A stretch of DNA of 63,607 nucleotides, the filler included, from Octopus bimaculoides (taxonomy: Eukaryota): NCBI RefSeq assembly GCF_001194135.2. It is 5 parts of 5 records of this genome, joined end to end, with 100 filler letters (N's around TTAATTAATTAA, not from the genome) between each part and the next. Parts side by side here need not be neighbours in the genome. Positions count along the whole stretch, not along the records: positions 42,641 to 57,352 come from NC_068982.1; positions 57,453 to 61,486 come from NC_069002.1; positions 61,587 to 63,607 come from NW_026388884.1; 2 more parts are not named here. The stretch is one strand, 5' to 3'. The translations under genes and the position numbers were made by a program. The notes below the pieces were generated by a model. It ran no database searches and was not told the DNA's origin. It saw nothing but the letters and a program-made list of their open reading frames with translations. Shown here piece by piece: positions 48,011 to 63,607 of the stretch (position 1 is the first letter of the stretch; each line of letters begins with the position of its first letter).

Positions 48011-50424
48011 TAAGTGTCTGTGGTGGTTTAAAGTGCTGATTTGCATTTCTTTGTCTCAACGTTTGATGTAACCGGGTTAACTGACTTGCAGTCTCCTATA
48101 CCATACCTAAAAAGACCGTTGTTCAGCTACCTCTGTCTCTGTTATGTCTACAGGTTGTTTTTTTTAACTGTGGAGCAATGCGTGTAAAGATCGAATATTT
48201 CCAAAGTGTAGGCAGTATGTGTTGTGACCTGCTCTTGTACCCTGGGTGATCCTGATGAAAGTGTTTGTCTCCTCAGAATAATTAGATGATGGCAAACAGC
48301 CAAGTCCTGCTATTATTATAAAACATACACTTATTGCATCAACACATTTTAGCAACAAAATGTAGGTATTTCTGAGTTAAACTCAACATCAGATCGTATC
48401 CACAAGAACTGATTTATGACGTTCCAGGCATTTTATCAAACTCTATAAGGATTACATTATCCAATGTGATATTATCCAATATCATTTTTTAAAGAGAGAA
48501 TGTTCTGATTTGAAGAATTTGGCTGCTATTTCTAACAGGATTAGTTGAGATTGTCTCCTAGTAGTTGTGTCATAGACTGATTGTGGCTCCGGCATGGAAT
48601 TGATATGCATTTAATTGATGAAGATCTTAGAGGAGAAGCAAAACAAAAGACCTAAACAAGATCATCTATCTAGGTCGTCCCTCAAGAAGGCCCTAAGGGT
48701 TTCGGTTGCACATACTATAGGAGTGACAAGGCGTTGCTTCATATGGTCCCGCAGTTTTCATCTAACTAGGAATATTAGGGTCTCATCCATTGTCTTGTAT
48801 TCAAGATCCTCTGCATGACATCCTGTTAGTTCAAAGCCACGAATCTGATCTGGTAGGTCCTGCCGATAATTAAATGCACACCCTGCTGCCTACGCTTCGA
48901 TTTATTGTCATTGAGGTTTATTCATCTAATGGTTAAGGCTTTGTCTGTCTTCTACCGTTCGACCTGTCTGGCCTGGTAAAACCTGCTTGAAGATTTCTCT
49001 CCCTCCAGCATTGCTCTTCGGGTCAATGGAACACACAAGCACTTCACCGAGACAAGGTAGGTGTTGAATTGGTCGTTGACTACTCAGTAAATCTTCCGCC
49101 AAGATCAAACGAGCAATATGATTGTAATAATTGTGATAAGGGTCCTTATATAAAGGGTCACCTGTAATACTTGTTTGTTCCATTATGTTTAACAATAACC
49201 ACTCCTAGTATTTCAACCACAACAGTCTTTTCCCACTCATCTCTTATATCGCTGCCAACTTACCATGTCATTATAAGGTTTCTATTAATCCAGTGTCCAT
49301 ATCATAGCTCTAACACCAAAGTAGCAACGGGATTTGGTAAAATATCTACTTTTATAAGAACAATGGTTATGAAACTGATAAATAATATCAGTTCATCACC
49401 ACCACACCCACACTATAAAAATATTAGTAGAATTTATAGTCACGCCAGCATCCCACCATTCATCCTTTTATGAAGAACAAACTATATTGTTAATCCATAT
49501 AATTCGATATATTTGCTGGCAGAATCGATAGAACTCCAAGCAAAATGTTTAGCGGTATTTCGTTGGTCTTTACGTTCTATGTTCAAAATCAACCGAGGTC
49601 AACTCTGCCTTCCATCTTTTAGGAGTCGATAAGTACCAGTTGTTGGCTTTGTGCTAACATTTGAAGCCAATGTATTTGTTGCTGAGTTCTGTTTACATAT
49701 TTTAAATTTCTTAAAATATTTCATTTTATTTTCTAGGCACAAAAAATGGTCGAAGCAGGTAATAAGTAGGCGCACTGAAAGCAACCACTATTGCAGGACG
49801 ATTAGTCAAAGTTTCACTATTTCTTGGTAGCCTCGGTCTTTGTGCAATCTTTGCATACCATATTTACTGTCAATCAAGCAACGGATGTTAAAATTCATAT
49901 TAATCGAAACGGTTTTCTTTTTAATTATTCATGTTTAATTCAAATCATATAAAATTTTCTTAGCAAAAATTATTTAAATATTGAGAACTTGAACCGTCGA
50001 ATGATATATTCCATAATAAATTATATAATTTCAACAATTAAACAATGATACTCTACAGCCCCACGTTAATGGCAAGAACCAATAAAGGAGTAAAACTACG
50101 AAAGTATACCATTCCTTCCGTCCCATTTAAGCATTAGGTAATGTTGTTGCATTTTCTTGTTACTTTAATGCTCTATATCATTATCTCAGGAATATCAAAG
50201 TTTAAAATCATTTTTCAAAAATAAATGTTAAACGAACAAATTTTTAAACTCTTACCTAGTTTTTCAAACTGTCGCTTTAAAGCAAGTAATTTTTAAAGCG
50301 TTAAATATTCATCTGAGTCTGTTTAACATAAATTAGACACTAGATACACACAAATAGACTGTTACACATTGACAGATGTTGGATATGTGTCAACACAGCG
50401 TTTTAGATAACGGTAGATAACTTT

Positions 50425-50726
50425 CTATATTAGCCACACAGGGCCGAATACAGAGGGGACAAAACACAATGTAGAGCTTTTCTTTTCGAAAGATAAAAAA
50501 GAAGAAAATAGAAAAAAAGGAGGTAAAAATTCCGATCAAAAGGGTTCGTGTAAAAAAAAGTATAAAAAAACGATCGAAAGGGATCTTGTATCACAGAAAA
50601 GAGCAAAAATTTTTTTAAATAGATTAGGTTTATCCCTGGAAAGAAAAGCCTACGAAAAAGACCACGGTAACCTCAAGCAGGGAGGGAAAAAACACATGAG
50701 AGCAAAGTGCTCTCTATCTCTCTCTC

Positions 50727-50818
<92 letters not shown>

Positions 50819-51945
50819 TTACAGGATCATGCTCAAAGTGGTTTCGTCATTCACGCGTATCATCTTTGCTAAATTCACCCACCTTTTAATGAATCTTTCA
50901 TGAGTCAAATCTTGCCTCTCTATTCTCACCTTCTTTTCAAGTGTCACTTGAAAAAGTTGATGAGCGATTGACCAGAGATGAATGTGTTTGTCTCTAAATC
51001 TTTCGCTCGAGTCCACCACACATATTCTTTCACCATGGCTACCAGTACGATGAAAACTGCCTTACCTTCTCGGTTAAGGGAAGGTAGCGAACAATTTTCA
51101 CGATAGACTCGGACGACAACCGAATTCGTCCCACACGTGACAGCAGCCGTTCGGCATAAGCCCACAGGTCCGAAATGTTGGACACTGCACGAGTGCGTGC
51201 AGAACGGTTTCGTCGCTCTGACCGCATCTCGGGCAAGCCGGTCCGATGTATCTCGAACCGTGCCTGTAGAGCTTATCTCGAACGAGCAATGCTTCTCGAT
51301 AGCACTGCCAAGCCAGGGATCTCTGTTGATTGTCCATAGGTCCCAGCCCGAAAGTTGGCCAGAACAGGTAGGTCGGGTATTCCTCAACGACGCCCAGATT
51401 CTGCCCGAGAACGTCGTCGCACCTCCCCTCCACTAATCTTCTATAGAACGCCTTCGTAGAATTAAAGTCGCACAAGTTTGGTCCNNNNNNNNNNTCCCCT
51501 CCACTAATCTTCTATAGAACGCCTTCGTAGAATTAAAGTCGCACAAGTTTGGTCCTGGACGGCAGAGTTGCTTGAGAGCAAGGCGGCACTTGTGGTGCCC
51601 TTCACCTAGCATCGGTCGCTGTTTGATCCACGACTGCAGTTCGGTCAAAAAAATGAGTTGCGGGAAAGCGCGCCTCACAAACGGCGACCACACTTGTTCA
51701 CCGTCGTCTATGTAGCGCCGGAGATGTTGCAGTTTCAGCGCATGTCTGCACATCATCAACCACGGCATGCCCAACCCTCCATTTAGCAGATGTTGACAGT
51801 AAATGGATCGCCTAACCATCGGAACTCTTCCCTTCCACAAAATCGAAGAGTATGCGTTCCAATTTAGTGATGGCGGGGTCGGGACGAGGCACGACGGTGA
51901 GACGGTAATAGATGATGGATGTGATGAACGAGTTTGTTTTTAAGT
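50425..51945 (-). mobile_element. L1/Tx1-clade LINE, 5'-truncated copy 1
   Basis: KLERILFDF, GGLGMP, zf-RVT-like WQCYREALLVRDKL...CPRCGQSDETVLHALVQCP; 3'UTR shared with copy 2; (CT)n at 50710-50811. Confidence 0.88.
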
Positions 51946-52460
51946 TGAGTGTTTTGTGAATGATTGCTTGTTTTGAAATGTCCTCTATGATGTGTTTGCA
52001 GTTGCTGTGTTTGTAGTTGTATAATGTGTTCATCTTTTTTGGTGGTGGTGGTGGTGGTGGTGGTGGTGATAGCAGTGGTGGAGGCAGTGTTTGTAGTAGT
52101 AAGCGTCGCCTTTACTTCTTTGTTTGTATCTTCTACGGCCAAGCGAAACGACGTTCTTTTCAGCCTCCCTCACTTCTGGCTTTGGAAAAGGCAGAAAGTC
52201 GATGAGAGGAATGCTGGCTTCTTGGTTTGATTTAGCCATTTTCGTTTAGAAGATGGCAAAGAAAACCGGAGAAAATTTTTTAAATTTTGGAAATTCACCT
52301 GCAGGAGTGGGGAATTTCCGATTAAATGATTTTACTTAGGTTGAAGGAGATGATGTTAAACATCTCTTTCGCAAAAAATATGCAACAACAAACAGTTTTT
52401 TCTACACAAATAAAGCCAACTTATTTGAAGCCGATCTGTCAACAGTCCATTCAGACAGAC

Positions 52461-52529
<69 letters not shown>

Positions 52530-52530
<1 letters not shown>

Positions 52531-53525
52531 ATATGTTTCTTTATTTGCCACACAGGGCCGAACACAGAGGGGACAAAATACAATGAAGAGCTTTTCTTTT
52601 GAAACAGAAAAAAAAAGAAAAAAAGAAAAATTTTAAAAAGAAAATTATGATCAATAGGGATCGTAAAAAAACAAAAACGTCAATCGAAAGGGATCGTCTA
52701 TCACAAAAAATGTTCTGAACGTTACAAACAGGAAAACAGATGAGGTTTATCCGAGGAAAGAAAATCCTACGGAAAAGACCACGGTAACCTCGGGCAATGA
52801 TGTCCTACAAAAACACATTACAGTAAGTGACCCTCTTTTTGCTTTCTTTCTTTTTCTGGTTCACAGGATTATTCTCAAGATGGCTCCCTCATTCACACGT
52901 GCGATCCTTGCTACATTCACCCATCTTTTATTGAAACATTTGCTAGACAAAACTTCCCTCTCTACTCTCACCTTCTTTTTCAAGTGATACTTGAAGAAGT
53001 TGATGAGAGGTTGACCAGAGAGGAAAGTGTTTGTCTCTAGGCCTTTCAGACGGGTGTTGGCAGCAAACGGATCACTGGCCATCGGAGTATTTCCTTTCCA
53101 CAAGAAGTGGAAGAGGATGCATTCCAGTTTGGTGATGGTAGGATCGGGACAAGGTACGACGATCATGTGGTAGTAGATGACGGACGCGATGTATGCGCTC
53201 ACCACCTCCGCCCGACCTTTTAGGGATAGCTTCCTCTCGGCCCATTGCCGGGCGAGAGTGGCCACCCTACTCGTTATCTCGTCCCAGTTCTTCTCCGTTT
53301 GGAGGTCCTGAACAAACCAGACCCCGAGCAACGTGACCGGTCCAGCGTCTCACGACGGAGGCGCTGCTGAACGGCATGGGCTTGCTTCTCCAGGTGCAGG
53401 GCCGCAAGCCTATTGACTTTTCCCGATTGATTTTCGCTCCTGTTACTGCTTCGTAGCCTTTCGGTGTCTCACCGACCAGCTCGATGTGGTCATGGCTAGA
53501 CACTATGACGGTGACGTCATCCGTG

Positions 53526-53526
<1 letters not shown>
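52530..53526 (-). mobile_element. L1/Tx1-clade LINE copy 2, internally deleted, within (GATA)n
   Basis: KINREKS, LGVWF, ERKLSLKGRAEVV, KLECILFHFLWKG; flanked by (AGAT)17 and (AGAT)14. Confidence 0.88.
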
Positions 53527-53584
<58 letters not shown>

Positions 53585-53859
53585 CGGTAGGTAGAAATGG
53601 CTGGGGATAGTACCACTAAGCTAAATAATACCCTGAGAACAAGCATCGTCAAACTTAAAGCTAATTCGAATGCGATAACATTTTATAAACACACTTTAGA
53701 AGCGCCGGATGTGGTTGGTATTTCGCAGACAAGAAAATAATGATGTTATAGTACTTCAATGATTTTATTTCTAATGTGCGTTTAATGCAATTAGATGCTC
53801 CAAATGCAATTAGACGCTCCAAATGCAATTAGATGCTCGACAACAATCATCATAGTTAA

Positions 53860-54720
53860 CTATAGCTTGATATCTTACGTATCAACGCACAATCTAAGGA
53901 ACATGGAAGCATACAACATCATCCACCAAAACATACCCCTCCTTATAAATAACCTACGAATGACAAAGTTACTGAAAACCATAAAAAATCATTTCAGTTG
54001 TGCTTCGAAGAACTTAATCTATGTTCTCAAATGTGGAATGTATAGAGGAGATTACACAGGTTATATTAGGTTAACCTTGAGAGATAGAATGACTGTGCAC
54101 AGGCAACAAATTCGGGACTCCACGAGCATGTAAATTCCCGTAAGCGAAGACCTAGACCAATATCCCGTAAACATAAAGCCGAAAATACCAAACCTTCCCT
54201 CTCTATCAATACACTGGAAATAATTCAATCCAATTCTGTTTAGGTAAGGAAAGCAAACTCATCAAACAATACAAACCACAACTGAATGACCTTTAGAAAG
54301 AAGAAAAAACACTAAAGAGAAAAAGGAAAAAAGACTCAATTTCTCCACACAAAAAAAGCTAGGTACAACAAACAATTTTTTAGAATTTTACAAACATCAG
54401 TTGCTGACATCACCTAACTGTAGACCAATGAAATTTTACCTCCGATCAAAACCGAACTTCAGCAAATACAACAAAATGATCTTTTAAGAGAATCAACCAA
54501 CTGGAACGTTACATGACCGTTCCCCACAGGAAAGCCAACCAAGCAGAACGACCGACTTGAATCACCAGAAAAACAAGACGTCACCATTACTTTAACGAAT
54601 CAAAAATCAGATCCGTTCGCGGAAAAAATTATGAATACACCGGATTCCAAAAAGCACTGTTGCAAGCGAGAAGTCCTGCACACGTCGAAAAGAGAATCAC
54701 AGAAGCTGTAAACAAAATCC
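53860..54720 (+). mobile_element. Penelope-like GIY-YIG 3' fragment, same family as 45285-46850
   Basis: YVSTHNLRNMEAYNIIHQNIP; FSCASKNLIYVLKCG..YTG...TLRDRMTVHRQQIRD. Confidence 0.8.
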
Positions 54721-55329
54721 CTTTTTTTATTATCTCCATTTGTCCCTTGTTTTTTCCTTCTTGACTCAGTATGACTGAAACTTTGAGGATATCCATTTCT
54801 GGTCTACTACAATTTAAACAATTGATCCACAGTTTTTTATATTATTGACTATTATGATCACTTAAACTTGTCGACATTAAAACTTTTCAACATGTTTTTA
54901 TAATATATGATTCTAAATTTTTAGCATTGAAAAACAAAACATATTGTTGAAACTAGTTTGGTATACATGTAAATAAATTTATTTAAAAACAATTGCAAGC
55001 TTTTCAAATATAGGTGCCTTTTCAACAACTAAATTTACCTGTATGTGAGGGGAATAAAAAGACTGTTTTCAAATATTTTTAATCGTTTGATAAAACTTTT
55101 TTGGACATTTATTTTATCTTTGTCTATAAGTTTTGATAGTTTACGAATATTTAGTCGTTTATATTTACCTTTTTGATAGGCCGTTCTATTTTATTTTATC
55201 CGAATATATATTTTACCTTCTGTCTTTTTATGTAGATGTATTTTTTATGAGTTTGTTGGTGATAGGATTCTTCACTATCCTTTAGTGACCCGTTTAAACA
55301 ATTTGAGAGTTTTTGCTCGCCGTCTTATT

Positions 55330-56030
55330 AGAATCTTCTAATCCCTGAGAATTATGTTGACATTACCTCAGAAGAAAAGGTACTGTATATACCTTGCATT
55401 ATTGTCGTAAACTGCTGTAGCTTTATGTCAATATACTGTGTAGAGAGACTGGAAGACTAAGTTTTGATCCATGACCTCCTCATGAGTACCATTCCAATTA
55501 GTTTTATGAAAGCTGAAGCTGGAAGGTTGTCAGGAACATATTTGTGATGTGAGGCAGGGACTCTGCCAGTTTTTGCTCATGTAATGAAATGCCCGAGAGG
55601 AGCCGACCCTCAAGCCACTTGATATTAGGGAGCTTGAAGTCCTAGAGTAAGTAATATAAAACTGCCATATGTTAATACTTCTTCCCTCATTTCCAGGCTC
55701 AATTCGAATGTGTGCCTATGATTTGACGTGTGTGGTGGGCGATATTTAGAACATATTACTATTTTCATATGTTTAATGTGTACCATCAATGTATTAAAAT
55801 TGCGTTTGAGCGTCACAAGCTTGACAATTGTTGAATGTACATCTTGACATCGTGACGGACTTGACATTTTGCTGGATATACATCGCAACTCCATCAGAAG
55901 TTCTTTCTCTCTATCAGTTTGAAACACAACACATTTCGGTATGTTTCTCAGCATTTGTTCTATCAGCGGTCAACTGTGTTTCTGTTCAAGCCATGCATAT
56001 TGTTTCATTAAACGTCTTTCCGGTATTGGG
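55330..56030 (-). mobile_element. CR1-group endonuclease fragment
   Basis: KIVICSKYRPP; GLQAP.NIKWLEG (a degenerate DFNLPNIKW). Confidence 0.65.
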
Positions 56031-57091
56031 TTTTTAGCTGGTGGGATGTTTCCAGTTTTCTGGCATTCAGCAGCAACACTGGTATGATGTATGGGATGTC
56101 AGTAACGGCCACTTGTCTGATAATTTGTGGTGGCGTGATGGGTGGCCAGCCTGGATCTTTAACTATTTGTGGTCATCTGGTGTGCTGGTATGCGTTTTTA
56201 AGCAGTGTATGATGTAACCAGATCAGGTGACTTACAATCTCCTATACTATACACCCAAAAGACGGTTGTTCAGCTGCTTCTGTCTAAATTATGTATATAG
56301 GTTGTTTCTTCTGTGGAGCAGAAGTCTTCCCATTATTATAAAAAGTACACTTGCTGCATCAACAAATTTTAACAACAAAAATTAGGTATTTTTGTGATAA
56401 ACTCACCATCACATCATACACAGAACTAATTTATGATAGTCTAGACATTTTGTGAGGCTGTATTTGGATTACATTATCGAATATGATATTATCCAATATC
56501 ATTTTTTTAATCAGAGCATGTTGCGATTTGAGGAATTTGGTTGCTCTTTCAAACAGGTTGAGTTGTCACCTTGTAATTGTGCCATGAACTGTTTGAGGTT
56601 CCCTCATGGAGTTGATACGCATTTAGTTGATGGATATTGAAGAGGAGAAGCAAAAATGAAGGTCCTAAACAAGATTAAACGAACATCATGATTATACTAG
56701 TTTTGAAAATGATTCTTATATAAAGGCTCACCTGTAATGTGTCTTTGCTCCATTATGTCTAACAATAACCATTTCAAGTATTTCAAACACAGCGAAATAC
56801 TATGCGCTATTAAGTCTGCCGTTACGTTCTGCGTTCAAATTACGCCGAGGTCGACGTTGCCTTTCATCATTTCGGAGTCGATAAAATTAGTACCAGTTAC
56901 GCACTGGTGTTTGATGTAGTTAACCTAATCCCTTCCCTCAAATTTGAGGCCTTGTAGAATGGATTATTATAGGCGAAATGTCTCTTTCAAAAAATACAAA
57001 TTTGTTTCAACACACCAGTTCACATAAAGGATTTTGGAAGCGAAATAAAAATGCGAAGTATAAATATATGTATGTATGTGTACATATATGC

Positions 57092-57153
<62 letters not shown>

Positions 57154-57471
57154 GGAGAATTCATAAAAAAACAATAGACGAAGACAGGTGGTGTAGACAA
57201 CAAACAGATGTATTAGTATAACGCTCGGGAATTGAAAATGTCTTTAACGTTTCGAGCCTACGCTCTTCCACAGAAAGGAACACAGAAAGAAACAAGGGGA
57301 GAAACAAGGAAAGAAAAAAATGTGTAGTGGTTAGCGATCTATCATGGCGTACNNNNNNNNNNNNNNNNNNNNNNNNNNNNNNNNNNNNNNNNNNNNTTAA
57401 TTAATTAANNNNNNNNNNNNNNNNNNNNNNNNNNNNNNNNNNNNNNNNNNNNAATAATAATAGTATTGATG

Positions 57472-59201
<1,730 letters not shown>

Positions 59202-59215
59202 GATTATTATTATTA

Positions 59216-59276
<61 letters not shown>

Positions 59277-59639
59277 CATCATCATCATTATTATTATTAA
59301 TTGCCACCAGAACGACGGATGAGAGGGACGATACAATGCCAGACGTGAATTATGGGTATTTACATGGAACAAAGTTATACATGGTATACATGATTAACAA
59401 AACTAATGAATACAAGTATACATGTCATGCAGGACATGAAGAAGGGAAAAGGGAGGAAAATGATGCGAACCTTTTGATGCAGGAGGACTTCTAGAGAAAC
59501 CAAGAAACACAACGGATGCCGAGTCACCTTGCTCACCGGGAGCAAAATTCCAAATGTTCCTCACTCGTCCGTAATTTTCAGCCTAAAGCTGCATGGATAG
59601 AGCAGGTTTATTCATTAAATTAATCGTGTTATAGTCACT

Positions 59640-60385
59640 CACCTTCATCAAACTTATTGTGGTCTCCCTCTCCATTATCATTTTCCTTTCCAAATGGAAC
59701 TTGAAAAATTTGGTGAGAACTGGACAGAAAGGGAAAGTGTATCTTCACGCCTTTGAATCTGGTTCATCAAACATACTGTTACACCTCGATCACAGTTGTG
59801 TAACTGGAGATAGCCCAGGCTCAGTAGATGATGGACATTTCATACTCAGTCCTTAACGCAACAGATGTTGACATCAAAAGGAACTTATGATCAGCAGAAT
59901 ACGTGTCCCCCACAGAAAGCGGAAGAGCAAGCACTGGCGACCCATGAAGCAGAGCAAGGCATAGCAATCTAGCGGTAATAGAAAATAGATGAGCCACTTC
60001 CGCCTGAACTTTCAAGGATAGTTTCCGTTTGTTGAGGTTGTCTACTTACGGAAAAACGTATCTTCTGCGTCCTAATTCTCGCGGGAGTCACCTCGAACCT
60101 TCCATTCTTTGCAATAGATGTTTTAGGGTCGCGACGTAGAGAAGGGTTGACAGGGGAACCCTTGACAGACCGAGCACATGATACTGAACATTTCCAACAA
60201 GTGGCCATTTCCTCTGACTACCATGCAAATATTGCTGTACAGCTATCCCGTTTCTGAAGACAGGCCCGAAACCAAACGCCTTTAGGATATATACCGGGTA
60301 TTGATAATCGACCCTGTCGAAAGCTTCGAAGTGATCTACATTGATAAAGGTCCCAAGCAAGCCCGGATCTTTACTCACCCTTTCT
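59640..60385 (-). mobile_element. L1/Tx1-clade LINE copy 3 (RT fragment plus C-terminus)
   Basis: EAFDRVDYQY..ILKAFGFGPVF, PLSTLLYVATL; FFKFHLERKMIMERET parallels the end of copies 1 and 2. Confidence 0.75.
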
Positions 60386-61401
60386 TGGTCTTATACTAGT
60401 AATTTAATAACAACTGATTATTGTTATGTTGTATATCATTGTTTCAATGCAGTCCAAAAGCTCCGATTACTCTGCGCTCATTAAAATTACCACTGACATA
60501 CATATCTTGTGTATTGGCTTCTCTCTTTATGACTTTGATCAACAAAGACTTCCGCACACAACTTCAGAGTATTATAAGAGTATGATCTGTCTAAAACAAT
60601 CCCGGATGCTGTTTGATTTTGAAATCTTTATAATCAGACAGGAAGGCAATTCCATGACCCTCGGAGACAAGAGTGTATGAGAGAGAGAAAATATCTTGAA
60701 ACTCGATCCGAATGATTGTTCCAAGGCTCTTATACAAAAGTAATTCAGTGACAAACGGTGTTATTAAACCAGCCGATAAATTAAGTCTATTACAAAAGGG
60801 CTCAACTGGATTTGAACTTAGAATAAATTTGAGAAGGAAAAAATACTACTAGGAATTCAGATCAACATTCTTGCAGTTCCGCCAATTCCCTACACAGGAA
60901 ATGGTAAGTTTTTTTTATCGACCCCTGATAGGATGAAGGACAAAGTTCGTCGCGGATGGAATCGAAGTCATAGAGGCGAGTATCAGAACGAAAACATTGA
61001 AGCATTCTCTACCACACGCTCAGACAACATTGCCACTTCACCACCCACCACCTGCCACATCAGAGCATCAGAATAATTTCAGGGTATTATATATTTATTT
61101 CTCCATTTACAATAGTTGAGAGAAAATTTTCATTTCCAATGTCTTTTCGATATTTCTGCATGGAGATAAAAAAGATATGTTTGTATGTATATATGTATGT
61201 ATGCAATGTATGTATATAAGTATGTATATGTATGTATGTATGTATGTATGTATGCATGCTTATATGTGTGTCTATATATATATGTGTATGTTTGTGTGTG
61301 TCTATGTGTGTATAACGTGCAAATATACATATACATATAAAAATATATATGTATATAAATGAATATATATGTGTAAATGCATATATGTACATATATATGC
61401 A

Positions 61402-61453
<52 letters not shown>

Positions 61454-61737
61454 ACTCTATATATATATATATATATATATATAAATNNNNNNNNNNNNNN
61501 NNNNNNNNNNNNNNNNNNNNNNNNNNNNNNTTAATTAATTAANNNNNNNNNNNNNNNNNNNNNNNNNNNNNNNNNNNNNNNNNNNNAAAACCTAAACATG
61601 TTAAATCAGAGATTGCAAACGGATTCAAGGACCGACCAAGAGTTTCATGCAGAGGTCATATACCACACGCAACCACTCTCTTTCTTCCTCTTGTTATACG
61701 AATACATACATACATGCATATATACACACATACATAC

Positions 61738-61770
<33 letters not shown>

Positions 61771-62112
61771 TCATACATACACACACATTAAATCATATTG
61801 CTGTGTTATACATATTTACACGTTATATACCTGGTTTAAGAATACTCTGTCACAACATGCCTTTTCAACTTTTCTATTTTATAATTATTTCTGCTATATT
61901 TCGTTGTGTCTTTCTTTCTTCTTCTCTTTCAGACAGACATTCATGTCTGAGTTCAGGCTGACATAAACTGTGATATCTTGGATTATATACTTATGGCAGT
62001 ATGGCAGTCTGAGCTGTATATAAATAAATACATATAAACATATACACATATATATCTCAATTTATATCTATATTTATATATATGTAATTATATGTAAATA
62101 TGTGTATATACA

Positions 62113-62149
<37 letters not shown>

Positions 62150-62932
62150 GTCTGTCTCACGCTTTCTTTCTTTCTTTCTTTCTTTCTTTCGTTCTTTCTT
62201 TATCTCTCTCTCTCCCTGTATATATATATATATATATATATANNNNNNNNNNNNNNNNNNNNNNNNNNNNNNNNNNNNNNNNNNNNNNNNNNNNNNNNNN
62301 NNNNNNNNNNNNNNNNNNNNNNNNNNNNNNNNNNNNNNNNNNNNNNNNNNNNNNNNNNNNNNNNNNNNNNNNNNNNNNNNNNNNNNNNNNNNNNNNNNNN
62401 NNNNNNNNNNNNNNNNNNNNNNNNNNNNNNNNNNNNNNNNNNNNNNNNNNNNNNNNNNNNNNNNNNNNNNNNNNNNNNNNNNNNNNNNNNNNNNNNNNNN
62501 NNNNNNNNNNNNNNNNNNNNNNNNNNNNNNNNNNNNNNNNNNNNNNNNNNNNNNNNNNNNNNNNNNNNNNNNNNNNNNNNNNNNNNNNNNNNNNNNNNNN
62601 NNNNNNNNNNNNNNNNNNNNNNNNNNNNNNNNNNNNNNNNNNNNNNNNNNNNNNNNNNNNNNNNNNNNNNNNNNNNNNNNNNNNNNNNNNNNNNNNNNNN
62701 NNNNNNNNNNNNNNNNNNNNNNNNNNNNNNNNNNNNNNNNNNNNNNNNNNNNNNNNNNNNNNNNNNNNNNNNNNNNNNNNNNNNNNNNNNNNNNNNNNNN
62801 NNNNNNNNNNNNNNNNNNNNNNNNNNNNNNNNNNNNNNNNNNNNNNNNNNNNNNNNNNNNNNNNNNNNNNNNNNNNNNNNNNNNNNNNNNNNNNNNNNNN
62901 NNNNNNNNNNNNNNNNNNNNNNNNNNNNNNNN

Positions 62933-62971
<39 letters not shown>

Positions 62972-63607
62972 GTATATATACGTATATATATATGTATATA
63001 TATGTACGTATATATGTATGTATATATATATAAATATATATACGTATATAATCATATATATATGTATATATACATGTACGTATATATGCATATATATATG
63101 TACGTATATATGCATATATATATATGTATATATATATATATATGTCATTTTCCATTGCATATATCTCTATATATATCTATCTATATGCATGTATGTATGT
63201 ATGTATCTATCTATCTATCTTTATATTCATATATATACATAAATTGTGTGCATATAAGCATATATGCGCACGTGTATATATAGATATGCTTCTGTGGAAA
63301 TACTTCGAAATATTTAGCATATCTCTAAGTATGAAAAATGAACGTAACAATATATCAAAATATCAAAATATAAGATAAAGAACACAAACATTTCTTAATA
63401 AATATATTTGCTTGTCTGGTTTTGTTTAACTGTCTCTTCGTATCATTGTACATATTGACGTATATCCATGTACTTTTGTGAGTATAAGTTCGTTACTTCC
63501 AAACTGCATGTCTAGCTGTAAGATTATGAATATATGTAAACATGTTTGCATATCTTTTTAGACGTACATGTATGGTATATATAAGTATATATATATATAT
63601 ATATATA

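Noticed and set aside
51424-51555. Exact 61-bp direct repeat either side of a 10-N gap
   Set aside because: Looks like unmerged contig overlap within the Tx1 ORF, not a real duplication.
51864-52239. Short Thr/His-rich ORFs as a host gene
   Set aside because: Driven by (GGT)n repeats between two Tx1 copies; no recognisable domain.

Overview
AT-rich, microsatellite- and SINE-laden eukaryotic draft-assembly DNA with many N gaps. The repeat families and simple-repeat load resemble an octopus (coleoid cephalopod) genome; this is an inference from memory, not a database hit. Two host genes lie tail-to-tail at the left end: the last three exons of a neurotrypsin-like trypsin-type serine protease (+, stop at 2322-2324) and a nearly complete POLD3 (DNA polymerase delta p66 subunit) gene (-, 13 phase-compatible exons from 24396 down to 2701, ending in a PIP box; first coding exon not found). 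POLD3 carries a tandemly duplicated basic/acidic exon and a microhomology-flanked templated insertion containing part of another exon. Its introns hold piggyBac, maT, mariner, hAT-Charlie and Merlin-like elements. Beyond about 30 kb I found no host gene, only decayed retroelements (CR1-like, Penelope-like with hammerhead-ribozyme-like remnants, Tx1-like, R4/Dong-like), two of them embedded in microsatellites in a way that suggests target specificity.
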